DNA of 64,000 bases, taken from Gracilinanus agilis (Eukaryota). The stretch lies in contig NC_058135.1 of NCBI RefSeq assembly GCF_016433145.1, forward strand, positions 227,811,352 through 227,875,351. Reading direction: 5' to 3'. The first letter of the stretch is position 1. Each line of letters begins with the position of its first letter. Shown piece after piece: positions 1-13,274 of the stretch. Under the pieces are notes generated by a model. The model ran no database searches and had not been told where the DNA came from. It was given only the letters and a program-made list of their open reading frames with translations. The translations under genes and the position numbers were made by a program.

Positions 1-3000
1 CCAGCCCCGATCCACAGGGTGTGGAAGCTCCACTCCTTGGGGGAAGATGCCAATCTATAGAGCAGCTGCTACCATCAGCTCCAAAGAGCCCTAAGGCTGC
101 CTGATTAGTCCCCAGACTATTCCACCTGCTATTAGGCCATCACACCACCATAAACCTCTTCTTCAAATAAAATTCTTTTCTTACTTCGGAGTGAACAGAG
201 TTTGAGTCTCCCATTCTTGGGGCAAGACCATGCTACAACCTTGGATGTGTTTCTCCCACATCAGTTGGACTCAAAGAGCTCTAAGGTTCCTTACAACTTT
301 AAATCTCTGTTCCTATCATCTGGTTGGGTCAGAATAGACCCTTCCTCCACAGACTCCTTTACATGAAGGATTCAGGGATTCTTCGCTAATCTCCAACAAA
401 GCAGGTGGCCTGTTCCCAAGCTATGACACAGGGACTTATGAGACCCCAGAGTTTGGGTCTACCCTATCCTTCCTTCCTCCCAAGTGCCCAGTCCTAGGAG
501 TGCCCATGTGAGAAGTGTAAGTGTGGGGCTGGCTAGAGCCTTTTCTCCACACCTTGGAGGAAAATGGAGGAGGTGAAGATGATTTAGGGAAACATGAGAG
601 GCTTCCTGAGGTCTTGGGATGAGGGCTAGAAGGGAAGAGGAGCCTGGCTTATCCCCCCACTCCACCCTAAAGAGGAGAATGAGGAAGGAAATGGGCAGCT
701 AAGATCTCACCTCTGCAACAGGGAAGAGATGGAGAGGGGTGAGAAGGCTCACTCAACCTCCGGAGAAGGAAACAAGCAGAAGGGCAAGTAAGAGATGAAA
801 AGAAGGGAGACAGGAAGAGAATTATGCATAAATTGGCCAGTGTTTACCCCTCCCCATGTCTGGCTCTTCATTATTGTAACCTAATGCAGATTAGTGCCTG
901 GCTGTGTCTGGAATTCTAAGAGGGGAATGATGGGCCTGTGCCAGCCCCTTGAGGGCCCACAAAGGTTAATGGAAACATTGGGTGAGTTAGCATTGAGGAA
1001 GGCACTACCCCACATCACTTAGTGCAATCAGGCCCCAGAAAGCAGGTGGGGGCTCCCTTGGGCAGATCCAGCTCTCAGAGATGTAGAGGCCTAGGATCTG
1101 TACTTTTTTGGTAGTAAAAGGGTATGAATAGTTCTAGAACAGGAGAAAGGCAGGAGATAAGCAACTAGTGTACCAACAAGGAAGAACAATCTGTCTTGGA
1201 CTTCTTGGCCCTTCCAGATTCAGGACTGTTCCTGAAGGATGAAAAGAGGGAGTTTGGCCATTGCCATGACACCAAGTGTCCCCACCCCATCTGAGCTCTG
1301 AGCAGTGAGGTCACGGTCTCCCTGGGCCAGGATTCCAGGCCCTGCTCCCTCTGCCACTAAAACATAGGTGCCCCTTCCTTCTGTCCTGAGTATGAAGCCC
1401 AAGGGTTCCTCAGGCTCTGTCTGCTCTGATCCTCCTCCTTCCTATCCCTGTCATGCAATTGTATATCCTGCCTTTACCTTGGGAACTGAGGAAGTCATCA
1501 AGCCTAGCTCTGTCCATCTGGCCTTAGCTTGTTCTGATCCAGTCCCTTCTTGAGCTGAGTCTATTGTCCTTTTTGGGACAGAATAGAGATCAGGTAATCT
1601 TGCTTCTGTGATGATCCAGTTGGATATTAATAAAGTGCTGTACTAGGGTGATGCCAATGGGAAAGAATAAAGAGAAAGAAATGGGGGGCTGAGTACTTGC
1701 TAAGCACAAGAGGGTTAGTAGATGAGAACTGGGGCCTCACTGATGTGGAGAGGATAAACTGAGAGTTGTCCTACCTCTCCCTATATTCTCGGGCCCACTT
1801 CCAGTCTTGGTGTTTCTCAAAAAAGGGGTCCTGGTTTCTGAGACTGAGTTACAGACTGCCTAAATAAGTTAAGGGGCTGCAGTTCCCATTTGCTGTTAAA
1901 CAGGTTGGCCCCAGCACTGGTCACTTGAAGGCTGGTGGAAAGCAGATAAGGGTGAGCCAAGGCAAGAGAATGGAGAGATTGCTTTATCAGATATCAGACA
2001 TCATGGAGCTTATGCTCCTGACTCTCTCAGCCCCAGCCATGCTCTGGGCTTGGAGGTTTACTCCTCTTCCCTTCCAATTTTCATTTATTATTGTTGACTC
2101 CCCTTGCTTCACCCAACTTCCACAGATTGGAGGTACCTTGACCCACTAATTCCAACCAGGCTTCCTAGCCCTTGGTCATTAATTATAATCTGGAATGCTG
2201 TGCAGCAGCTCATGGTAGAGTGTGTGCCCAAGCTCCTTTACCACTCACTTCTGACCAAACAAGTCCCCTACATTGTCCCTGTCCTGCAGGAGAGCTCCTT
2301 TCTCATCTTGGTCTCTCCCCTAGGCAGCTGTCTATACCTCAATGATCTAGCCAAAGAGGTCTTCCCCATACTAAATATTCTGTTGGGAGCTATTAAGAAA
2401 AATTAGAATCTCAAGTAGATATTTTTATCTGGACCCCCTCAAAAGATCAATAAAGACCAGCAGAGCCGTGTATTGACTTTCCTCCCTATCAGGACTACGG
2501 GACAAGACAGGTGTGGGATATCTAAGATAAAAATCTGAGATTCCTCTTTTGATTCCTTTCATAATTCTCACCTTCCTTCAAAATGCATTATAGTCTTATT
2601 GAAAAAGCTTTGGGCTCTCAGCAATCCAGCAGGAGGGGGGCTAACTCTGTTCCCCTTTGCCTGAGAACACAGATGGCTGGTACGGCCAAGGTCACACCCT
2701 TGGCAGGGCATTTTGCCCAGAATTAAAGTAAAATAATGAGGTTCAAAAAATAGTTTAATACCATCAAGGCTGAGAAACTGACGGGGCTTTCCGACCTAAC
2801 AGAGATGTCCCAGGATTCATTTAAAGATAACACATATAGTTGATAGTTTAGCATAGGTTTTTTTTGTCTACGCCTGGAGGCTTCTAAGACTTTTGTTTTG
2901 ACTATAGTAAAAATCTTGCTCTCTGTAACTGTGGGAAACTTTCTTGGGCTTTTGGGGGAAAGGGATCTTTAATTTCCTTTATAATAAAGTGGCTACTTCA

Positions 3001-5340
3001 GTATTTTTTTGAAGTACTATGAGCTAACAAGCCGTGCTTCCAATCTGTTTCATTCTTTGCGTCTGACGACTACCCTAGGCCACTCAGATTAGTCTCTGGT
3101 TATAGAGCAGGATCTCTATAATATTCCAGCCATTTCCATGTCATTGAATTTGACCATTTTCTAGACTGTTAACTTTTAGATCCTAATTTTGTTGTCCAGG
3201 AAATCTGAATTCTAATTTACAACTCTTACTAGATTTTTCTCCTTAAAATTTCACAATTTAATTTTGTATTTCACATTTAAGACTTCATCTTGATTATTCA
3301 TTTTTTAAAATCTCAAACAACAGAGAACCAAGGAGAAGGCCATATGTCATCCATCAAATATCTACTTTCAAGGTAGTGATCTATGATATCTTGGATGGAG
3401 GCTACTGTCAAATTTCCTTCAATCCACTTTGGATATATTTGGTATAGCTTCAAAGATGCAAAGTACCACCTCCCAATCCTCTACCTGGATAACCCAGACA
3501 CCAAAGCTCAGAAGAGTCTAGCATCTGCCTGCCCTCCCCAAGAAGGCTAGGATGTGGAGGATATTTTACTGAGTGCAAGTTTCCTAATTTTGTTGTTCAG
3601 GGACTCCGAATGCTAATTTATGACTACCTACACACCTACCACCTCCTTCTCCTCATCTCTCATAATCTCTTCTAACAATTTCATTCACATACTAGTTTTT
3701 CTCCTTGAAATTCCATGGTTTAATTCTGCATTTCACATTTTCCTAGTGAGCAGTTCCTGAAGAATTTGGAATGCTAAATGCAAGATCTGACAATAAGTGA
3801 CTCCTTGGGTCTAAGGGCATTTATAGAATCTTGAAGGTCTATAGTCCCAAGAAGACACATGCAATTGCAAATTGCATTGTTTTTCTAGAAAGTCAAGATA
3901 TCCAGCTTCTGGTTCCCTTGCTTATTGTAAGTCAACTAATACTTCTCTGTGCAAATGTAGAAAGTCTATACAAAACTTGCTCCTGAGACGTCAACCTCAG
4001 ACTCTCTCCTTGCAATTCTTCATGATAAATGGCTCATTCCTCACTTTGCAATGCAGTCACCCTTGTGGACTATTACCTTGTCATTTGGTCTCAGAAGCAG
4101 GATGACAAAACTCAGCTGAGGATCCAGCTGGTGAGTGCATTTGGGGTGTTTTCAAATTTTAGTTGGTCTATTCCTCATGTCCCATTCATGGCTCTCTCCT
4201 GTGGCTGTAGTTCCATAAGTCTTCTGTTTCAGATTCTGAAGAACATATTGGGGACAACTTAGCAATGCTGTCACGGACCTCTATTTTTTTTAAATTATAG
4301 GCTCCATCCCTTCCGAAACCTCCAATCCATCTTTTCTAAAAAGGGACTCCAGAGCCAATTTAAATGTAATAATACAGCTCCCATTCCACTTGTGATTTAG
4401 GAAACAATAAAGCTCTTTTACTGGAGATAATAACTTGCTGCAGTTTCCCTTGATAATGGAATTCTCAAACACCTTCCTAAGACCTGAGATGGTTCCTATC
4501 CTTAGCTGATGGAGGCAAGAATTCTGTGGAAGGCAGTCGGAAAGAAGACCACAAAGTATTATTGCAAGTCTCTGTAATGATAAGGAATTGACATTGAAGC
4601 AAGAGTCAGGTTCTCACCCTACAATCCCCCTTTGCCACCTCTTCCACCTTCTACTGCAGGCTGTGCTCCCTCTTGGATTTCTGGTCCTCAGCAGCACTGG
4701 CTTCTCTGGTGGCTACCCAGTTAGAGATTTAGAGTGAATCTTTTACTGTTGGACCAAGGGTACAATTAGAGTATGCTTGTGAACACCTCTAAGGTTCCTT
4801 ACAACTTTAAATCTGTTCCCATCATCTGGTTGGGTCAGAATAGGCAAAGAAATGGAAGTTGTCAATTGTGACTGTGACTCCTAAAATATATAATAGCTAA
4901 CACCTATATAGTGCTTTAAGGTTTACAAAGTACTTTACAAATATTTTAACCATACAACACTGGGATGTAGGTGCTATTATTGTCCCCATTTTACAGGTGA
5001 TAATAGTTATCATATAGAGGTTAAATGATTTGTTTAGGGCCCACAACTAGTAAAGGTTTGAGGCTGGATTTGAACTTTGGTTGTCCTGACTCCAGGTCCA
5101 GCACCCTATCCTCTGCACAATCTTCTACCTCTGGTGATAGAATTCCAAGGGAATTCTAAAGTTCTGAGTCACATGAACAAGATGGTAGACTATACAGTTC
5201 TCTCCAAACTCCATGACCTCTCAAACCTCTCCAAAACAAATAATGCATCAAAGATAAGCAACTTCAGCTGTCCCTGTGATCTGGGACCCTCAGAATCCAA
5301 AAGAATGGTTATGGTAGCCAAACAAAGGCCATTTTTTTTT

Positions 5341-5535
5341 AAAACCCTTACCTTCCATCTTGGAGTCATTACTGTGTATTGGCTCCAAGGCAGAAGAGTG
5401 GTAAGGGCTAGGCAATGGGGGTTAAGTGACTTGTCCAGGGTCACACAGCTGAAAAGTGTCTGAGGCCAGATTTGAACCTAGGACCTCCTATCTCTAGGCC
5501 TGACTCTCAATCCACTGAGCTACCCAGCTGCCCCC
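5341..5535 (-). mobile_element. SINE1_Mdo-type SINE
   Basis: tRNA-derived head (ggggcagctgggtagctcagtggattgagag...ggttcaaatc on minus), CORE and tail; flanked by a TSD. Confidence 0.9.
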
Positions 5536-5552
5536 TAAACAAGGGCCATTTT

Positions 5553-5756
5553 AAATTTTTTTTTTTTTTTTTTGTATTTTAAACCCTTAACTTCTGTGTA
5601 TTGACTGATAGGTGGAAGAGTGGTAAGGGTAGGCAATGGGGGTCAAGTGACCTGCCCAGGGTCACACAGCTGGGAAGTGTATGAGGCTGGATTTGAACCT
5701 AGGACCTCCCGTCTCTAGGCCTGGCTCTCAATCCACTGAGCTACCCAGCTGCCCCC
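5553..5756 (-). mobile_element. Young SINE1_Mdo-type SINE with long poly(A)
   Basis: Full-length copy with a long T run, flanked by AACAAGGGCCATTTT on both sides. Confidence 0.92.
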
Positions 5757-5889
5757 TAACAAGGGCCATTTTAATAGAAGGCCAAGACCATAAAGACTAG
5801 GTACTAAGGCTTGAATGTGTTGAGCCCAACAGTAGATCTAATGCTGCCTCTTAAGAGATGTAAGCCTTTTTACCACCTCACACCTAGCA

Positions 5890-6705
5890 GATTGGCTAAA
5901 ATGACAGCAAAGTAATGAATGTTGGAGAGGATGTGGCAAAATTGGGACATTGATGCATTGCTGGTGGAGTTGTGAACTGATCCAACCATTCTGGATGGCA
6001 ATTTGGAACTATGCTAAAAGACTGCCTGCCCTTTGATTCAGCCATAGCATTGCTGGGTTTATATCTTAAAGAGTTAATAAGGAAAAAGACTTGTATGAAA
6101 ATATTTATAGCTGCACTTTGTAGTGGCAAAAAATTGGAAAATGAGGGGATGCCCTTCGATTGGGGAATGGCTGAACAAATTGTGGTATCTTTTGGTGATG
6201 GAATACTATTGTGCTCAAAGGAATAAAGAACTGGAGGAATTCCATGTGAACTGGAAGGACCTCCAGGAACTGATGCAGAGTGAAAGGAGCAGAACCAGGA
6301 GAACATTATACACAGAAACGGATACACTGTGGTACAATTGAACGTAATGGACTTGTGTACTAGCAGCAATGCAATGACCCAGGACTGAGGGACTTTTGAG
6401 AAAGAAAACTACCCACATTCAGAGAAATAACTGTGGAAGTAGAAACACAGAAGAAAAACAACTGCTTGATCACATGGGTCAATGGGGATATGATTGGGAA
6501 TGTAGACTCTAAATGATCACCCTAATGCACATATCAATAATATGGAAACAGGTCTTGATCAAAGACACATGTAAAACCCAGTGGAATTGTGTATCAGCTA
6601 TGGGAGGGGGGTGGAGGGAAGGAAGAGAAAGAACAAGAATCATATAACCATGGAAAAATATTCTAAACTAATTAAATACAAATTTTCAGTTAAAAAAATA
6701 AGAGA
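5890..6705 (+). mobile_element. L1 3' end (ORF2 C-terminus and 3' UTR)
   Basis: CWRGCGKIGTLMHCWWSCELIQPFW and WKMRGCPSIGEWLNKLWY motifs, marsupial L1 3' UTR and A-rich end. Confidence 0.92.
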
Positions 6706-7009
6706 GATGTAAGCCTTTTGAACTGGAAGGAGACAAAAAGAGGAAAAACCAAGTGATTCCAGTTCCAAGCGTCACCTTTTTAAATGTTCTTAAAAACAAA
6801 ATATTGAAGCTATATCATATTGAGGGTCCTTGGTCTCACATTTGCTGTTTTGTAAAGGAAAAATGCTTGAGTAATCCAAGCCCCATATTATGAGGCTTTT
6901 CCCATGTGGAAAAAGTTAATTCATGCCTGAAAATGTAGCTGGCAATATAACTTTCATCAGATGCTAACTCAGAGTTAAATGTGCTTTTGGAAGCAAGCTA
7001 TCAAGTTTC

Positions 7010-7260
7010 TGGGGCAGTTAGGTGATGCAGTAGATAAGAGTGCCAAGCCTGGAGTCAGGAAGCCTAGAGTCAAGAAGACCCAAGTTCAAATCTGGCCCCA
7101 GAGAGCTGCTAGCTGTATGAACTTGGGCAAGTCACAACCCCATTTACCTCCAAATGAGCTGGAGAAGGAAATAGCAGAACATTCCAGTATCTTTATCAAA
7201 AACCCTAAATGGGGTGACATTTTGATATGGCTGAAACAACTTAATGACAAGAAATAAATC
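7010..7260 (+). mobile_element. MAR1-like CORE-SINE with RTE-type tail
   Basis: tRNA-like head and CORE followed by ctggagaaggaaatagcagaacattccagtatcttt. A similar tail occurs at about 60705-60915. Confidence 0.7.
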
Positions 7261-10200
7261 AATTCAAAATCTTGTCATTTGGGAAGCCCAAGGAGGAGAG
7301 CCTTAGAGTTGGAGGTTACTGTTCTTGGCAGTTACTGAAAGGCTATAATCCCAGGCAAATTGGGTGTGTGGAACATGGACACAGTAACAGGCCGTTTACG
7401 GGGCTCGCACTATCCTGCAGAGCAGTCATATTGGCGGTCAGCCATTCCCTTCAGAGGCTGCTCAGTTCAAAGTATTAGCTAGATGAAGTGGCTGTTTCCA
7501 CATCCATTCTGGCTGGGAATCCTCTGTAAACAATGACATAATAGTCATCAGAAATACCTGGTTGCTAAAGGGGTGGCCAGTTAATTGAAAATTACCAATT
7601 CTAATTATGTGATAAGTGAAAGACTTGTATGGAAGTCACTGATTCTATGGTGTTAGCTGTATTTTATACAGTAGTAATGGTAGATAGTAGTACTGTTAGA
7701 CATATACTAGGTAGTGAGCTCTCTGAGGGCAAGAGATTGTCTTAACCTCTGGTGCTCTTAACATGAGGTACTTAATAAATGTTTGAGTCTTGCTTAAAAA
7801 AAATAAAAAAGAATTCATTAAGGTAAATCTTTTCTGTCACAGTCCACCTGGCTGCAGTTAACTAATTATTCAATGACTTTCTGATTTGCCACCCAATAAA
7901 CATCCTCTCAGTCCTCTTTGTGACTTCAAATTGGCCAAGCACACCCTACCCTGAAATGGACTTCCAACCTGTGTGACCTTGGGCAAGTCACTTAATCCCA
8001 ATCCCTGCCAATCTTCTGCTTTAGAACTGATACTTAGTATAGATTCTAAGACAGAAGGCAATAAACCCTTACTTAAAAAAAAAAAAAAAGGCTTCTAAGA
8101 CTGCCGACATCTTCATGGAATCATGTGGGCAGCCCCCCCTCCAAACAGATAAGAAGCCATCAGTAAAAAGCTTGATGAATGCCCTTTTGACTATTATAGC
8201 AGACTGCTTGCCATTTTCAAAAAGCATTCTGGCAACCCTGACCAGAAAATTCGTTACAATCAAAGCTGTCACGAAGTATCGTCAGTCACTGGCTTCCAAA
8301 TAACTGTCTCCCACAGTGTTCAGAATACCATGATGGTGGTGGCGAAGAGGGAAGCAAGGCCATCATTGAGGTCACTGAAGCAGCAGCCTCACTTTACAAT
8401 AAACAAGGGGAAGGAAAAAAGAAAAAAGGGAAACAAGGAGAGGGAAAGAGAGGGAAGGAGAGGGGGAGGAAGATGAAGAAAGGGCAGGCATAATACTAAA
8501 AAGTCACCATTTTTTAAAAAAAGAGAAAAAGGAAGAAAAGTACTTGAAAAAGATTGCTTGGCTCATCTTCAGTGACCCAACACATAACAGTGACAAGGGA
8601 CCCATTTGATTTTTGCTTTCCCTCCTGGTCCCTTGACAACCCTCTGTGCTCCACCCCCATTGCTACCATTGTTCTGGGGGTACCAAGTTTTCTGATATTG
8701 GGCAATTCATTATGTGCTTTCTTGATGCTTGCCTATGGAGGCCCTGACACAGCAGACAAGATGTGGACTATAGATATCAAGAGGACAATTTCCAGCTCCC
8801 TTCTTTCCTACTGTCTCTGTATAAATGGGGTCCCCTAAAACCAAACATGCTTTTTTCTTTGGCCATCTTGGGAAAGGATTTCCTGGGCAAAGTAGATGCT
8901 CTGATACCATGCAATGCTAAAGGTGCCTTCCTTGGTTTACCAAATTCTGATATTCCTACCTTGATGGCTATTACTCTGAGTGGACCTCAACTATAGCTCT
9001 TGTTGCTGTTAGGCCCTGTTTTTTCTGGCCAGGTTCCAATTTTTTTCTCTTTCCCTAACTTCTCCACTGTTCCCCTTACCACTTTCTCCCTTCTCTTCTC
9101 TAGCTTTATTCCATATGCATCTCATACCAAGGCCTTTTGGTCCATATTGGGAGCTATCTTTCACCCATATTCCTCCTGAAAATCCTTTGATTTTCCCCAG
9201 TGAACCCTAATTCACTCCTGCCCACTTTGGCGTTTGCTGTTTATTGTTGCACACGTAGTCAAAGAAGGACAAGCTCAGTAACATTAACAGATATTCATCT
9301 GCCCCTGATTTTTCTTCTTTGGTGGCAAAAATCTTCTCTGTTGCTGTTACCTGCCAGCAGTAAGCCTTGGAAAACCCATATATGCCTAAGTAACTGGCCT
9401 TTTTCCCATCTCCAAATACTTTGTTGATCTGATCCCAGCTGATCAATATAATGATGTGCCAGCTCCACCTGGCTCTCTAGTAGGTGGCCTGAAATGTTCC
9501 CTTGCTGGAAAGCAGATGCCACTATGGTGACCAAGGACTTTTCCTTCTCCAACTTCCAGGTGATCGAGTGGGGCTCTCTAACCATTTCATTCCTGCAGTC
9601 CTCCATGGCAATAACCAGATCTGTGAGCTCCATGTTTATCTAGCTCAGAAAAGCATTTCCTTCCCACCATGATTTTCCACTCCCCGTGGATTGGATTCTG
9701 CTTTCCTCTTTGGCAAGGGAAGGGTCCAAGACTGCTTCCTGGATTTGTGCTTCCCACACTACTTCTTGTGAGTGATGCCTGGGGAGCAGTGGGTGCACTG
9801 ACTCTTCCTTTTGATTGGCTGATGCCCTAAACAAATGGATTAATCTCAGAGTATCCCTGACTACCTTATTAATGAACAACCGCCCAACTCTGGTAAACTA
9901 CTGACATAAATAAAGCCTCTTATTTTGGGATATGTGTTCAAATGTTCCTAATACAAACTGATGCTTTCAGTAGGGATATTGTGACAATCCCCAGATTTCT
10001 GGTGGCCCAGGCTGTCCTAGATACAAAAAACGTCTCAATATAAAGCCTGTGATCTTTGGGAAACCAAAACAATGTCTAAGGAACTTTCCTTTCATGAGCT
10101 AGCCACCAACTGCACCATTCCCATATTGATATGTTAAGATGGTCTTCTGTGTTAAGACAATGGCATAGGCCTAAAAGTTGTTAGAGTAAGTGGAAATAGA

Positions 10201-10298
10201 TCACTATAAGACTTCAGAATGTGATCTGCAAGAGAATTCTTTACTGTCTATCCTGATTAACAATAATTTAAGTACCCCTACTTAGTACCTCACTAGAT

Positions 10299-11033
10299 TG
10301 TAAAGACAGGAATAACTCTCCATTGTCTACTTTTGAATTGAATCAACAAAAGATTAAATATCCTACTTACTACTAGGTGAGAAGCTAGTAAGGTACCTAG
10401 AGAATTCACACCCTTAGAAATTCAATCAGCAGGGAATCTGTGAATCTTTTTGATGAGAACTTAACCTTCAGAAGGTGAGAAGTCGATCAGTGTCTGGACA
10501 ATTGGGAAACTGTGATTGGCCCCTGGGAAGAGGGGAGGGGACAAGAAGTCACCCTAAAAAGCAAGCCCCAAACTCCTTCAGAGCAGATTGTCTTTGAGAA
10601 GATAGTCTGAAGAGATTGTCTTCTGGAGATAGTCTTAGATAGTCTTCGAGGGAGCTTCATTGGAGACTACAGACTGAATTGTGGACTCGGAGCTCAGCTT
10701 CTACTTGGACTCTGACTTTTGGACTGCTTCATTGGGTGAGTGAAAGGCTGACCCCTTTCCTAGCTTCTGGAGAGACCAGCTTCCATCTTGGAGGAGGCAA
10801 TGTGGTTACTCACTACCAGCCTTCCTGGTTGAGAGCTAATTAATCTCTCCCTGGATTAAACAGACCTGGAGTAAAAACATTTAGGTTGATAAGATAGATA
10901 ACTTCTCTATCCCCCTCACATTTTTTTATTGTTTCCTCTCTATTTGTAAATAAATTTCTGATTCAAGATATAATAAATACTGGCAATCACATAATTTCAT
11001 ATAATCAATCAACCATTAATTTTAACCTTTACA
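10299..11033 (+). mobile_element. Solo LTR related to the 37270 LTR
   Basis: TGTAAAG...TTTACA termini, AATAAA at 10949-54. Shares blocks with the 37270 LTR (ggtgagt..aaag.ctga, ctccctggattaa, ttgtaaataaattt). The TSD is not clean (AGAT vs GATC). Confidence 0.75.
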
Positions 11034-12067
11034 GATCATGGAGGGTATCTGCTATTCCCTTCCACCTCAACTATATGGAACCCTCATCTAGCTGCTTTAA
11101 CAGTATGAGACAGAGTTTAATAAAAATTCTGGGGTTTCAAAAAACAACTAACATGTAGAAAAAATGATGTGGCTTCCCTAAAGTGGCCTGGCCTATGCTC
11201 TAATGAGATAATACACCCTCTAGGGCTATGTGTAGAAAGGATTGGACAAAAAGATGGATAAGAAGAGAGCTATCCCAGATAGCTACTTCTTGGAAGCTTC
11301 CTTGAATGAGACCCAGAGCCTCCAGGAGAGTCTTTCCCATATATGGGGGTGCTGCAAGCACTGAGGCCTTCATGTCCTGAGCAACAAAGGCCTTTGGAGA
11401 AATTCCCTTATGGTCTGGGCTGGTCTTGTGAGATAGCCCTGTGACACTTTTCATACTACAAAATCAGCTCTTCAGAGCCATATAAGCCTAGCTATGATGC
11501 AAGCCTCCAAAAAGGGAGGGCTGGAGTGATTTACTTCTCTTCTTTCAAGTTTAAATAAAAAATCTTAAGATCCAGAAAGCAAAGCAAGTCACAGCTCTCC
11601 CAAGATCACATACATAATCTAGCCTCTAAGGCAAAACTTGCCTCCCAAGCTCTGTATCTTGACCAATAGCCTGTTCCTGACAAGCATATAGGAAAAGGAG
11701 AGCTGGGAACATTTCTGACCTATCCTTCTCGACAATAATTATGAGCCCCTTTCACCAGGTCTACCTCCCCCCATTAATTTTCCAAGATTTCTAGAAAACA
11801 CAATTCCTAGTGTTTTCAGAGCTATTATTCCCAGAAAAATGACTGTTCATGAGGGACAACCCTAGGCAGTGAGATTTTTAGCATTTTAAAATCTGGATTA
11901 GGAAACTGAGGCCCAGAGAGTTTAAGCAATTCCCCAAGGGTCAAACAAGTGGTAGGGTCAGGATTTGAACCAAGGTCTTCATTTCCCTGGCCCTGTGCAG
12001 ACCAGCATCTTTGGGAAGGTCACAGAACATTTTGTCTCCATTAGGTATTTTTAGAAGACAAAGGAGA

Positions 12068-12262
12068 GGGGCAGCTAAATGGCATAATGGATAGAATGCC
12101 AGGCCTGGAGTGGGGAGGACCTAGGTTTAAATCTAACCTCAGATACATAATAGCTGTGTGACCCTGAGTAAGTCACTTAGCCCTGTTTGCCTAGCCCTAA
12201 CCCTTCTCGATTAGAGCTATTAGGAGGACAGAAAGTAAGGGTTAAAAAAAAAAAAAAAAGAC
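12068..12262 (+). mobile_element. Older SINE1-type SINE
   Basis: ggggcagctaaatggc head, aggtttaaatct B-box-like motif, cagaaagtaagggttaaaa tail. Confidence 0.8.
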
Positions 12263-12585
12263 AATAAAAGCTGATTTCTGGGAGAGCTTGCTAAGGAAAC
12301 AGAAGGCAGGTCCAAGCTCGGTCTTCCTCCCATGTTTTCCTACTATCACAAGCTTGTCTTATCTAAGCGAAATGACTCAGAAATTGCCGCCCTCACTTCC
12401 CTCCTGGACCACTTACACACATTACCAAATGGACTCTCTAGGTTGCAGTGACCACTTTGAGGCAGGAAGCCCCACTACTCAGGGTGGACGTGTCCTCCAT
12501 GTTCCTAGGAGAAGCTGTAGCTGCAGAACAGGTGAGGGCATAGGCAAAATAAGACAGTGCAACCCCAGGCAGCCCAAACCATCCC

Positions 12586-12591
12586 TTTATT
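12586..12591 (-). terminator. Candidate UBOX5 polyadenylation signal AATAAA
   Basis: Canonical hexamer about 690 nt after the stop in a repeat-free stretch. More distal hexamers exist (e.g. near 9240), so the true 3' end is uncertain. Confidence 0.35.
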
Positions 12592-13274
12592 AAGGCTTGA
12601 AGTTTCTCAGATAGACAGACAAGAACCTGTTTGTTCTCACCAAAGAATTCCCAGCTCCCCTCCCAAACCAGCCCACCCTCCCCCTGATTTAATGCCACTT
12701 TGTTCCCTGGGAGAGATGGTTCCTCCACCATCCAGAGGCCACATGCTTACTTACTTCTGCCAAACTAGGCCACTGGGAATGCCAGCTTTTGTCCCTTTGG
12801 AGGAAGGGGCTGGTGGGAGAGGGAAAGAGGAAGGAAGGGCCTGTTAGAGGAGTCAGGCTGCTCTTGGCTTCTCAGTCAACCCAAAGGAAGACTTGCCCGG
12901 AACAGAGACCTATGGCAGAGGGGGAGTCTGGCCCAGGCATGCCCACAGCTGATAAAGGTTTGACTCACAGGGTGCCTGGCCCAGGGAGTGATGGGTGGGG
13001 GTGGGAGGGTGGCCCCAGCAGTTCACAAACTCCTGCCCTGGAAACATATGGCTTGGTTATCCTATTACCACTTCAGGTGGGGTGCAGAGGGATGGACCCT
13101 TGTTATACTCAGTTTGAGCAAAGCCCTTGGAGAGAGAAGGCTGGCTACAGAGCCCAACCCCACCTAGCAGACTGACCAAGAGTGCTCTGGCCCAGGCCAC
13201 CCTGAGGGAACTCCACTTGTGCTCTTTCCCCCCAGCTCTCCTCAGATCCTCCCCTTACTCCACGGAGCACAGCC

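Noticed and set aside
2670-2700. E-box CAGATG and nuclear-receptor half-site CCAAGGTCA
   Set aside because: Short motifs expected by chance in 64 kb, with no supporting context or conservation data.
5896-6369. 157-aa ORF and neighbouring short ORFs
   Set aside because: Antisense or broken frames of an L1 ORF2 3' end.
9200-9640. Coding-like ORFs, including a GFSKAY motif reminiscent of CR1 RT DFSKAF, and a minus-strand AATAAA near 9240
   Set aside because: Similarity is too weak to call a pseudogene or LINE by eye. TBLASTN/Dfam would be needed.
1-12000. Vasopressin/oxytocin-neurophysin exons expected by synteny
   Set aside because: No CYxQNCPxG or neurophysin Cys pattern was found in the ORF track or by reading. 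These genes, if adjacent, lie outside the window.
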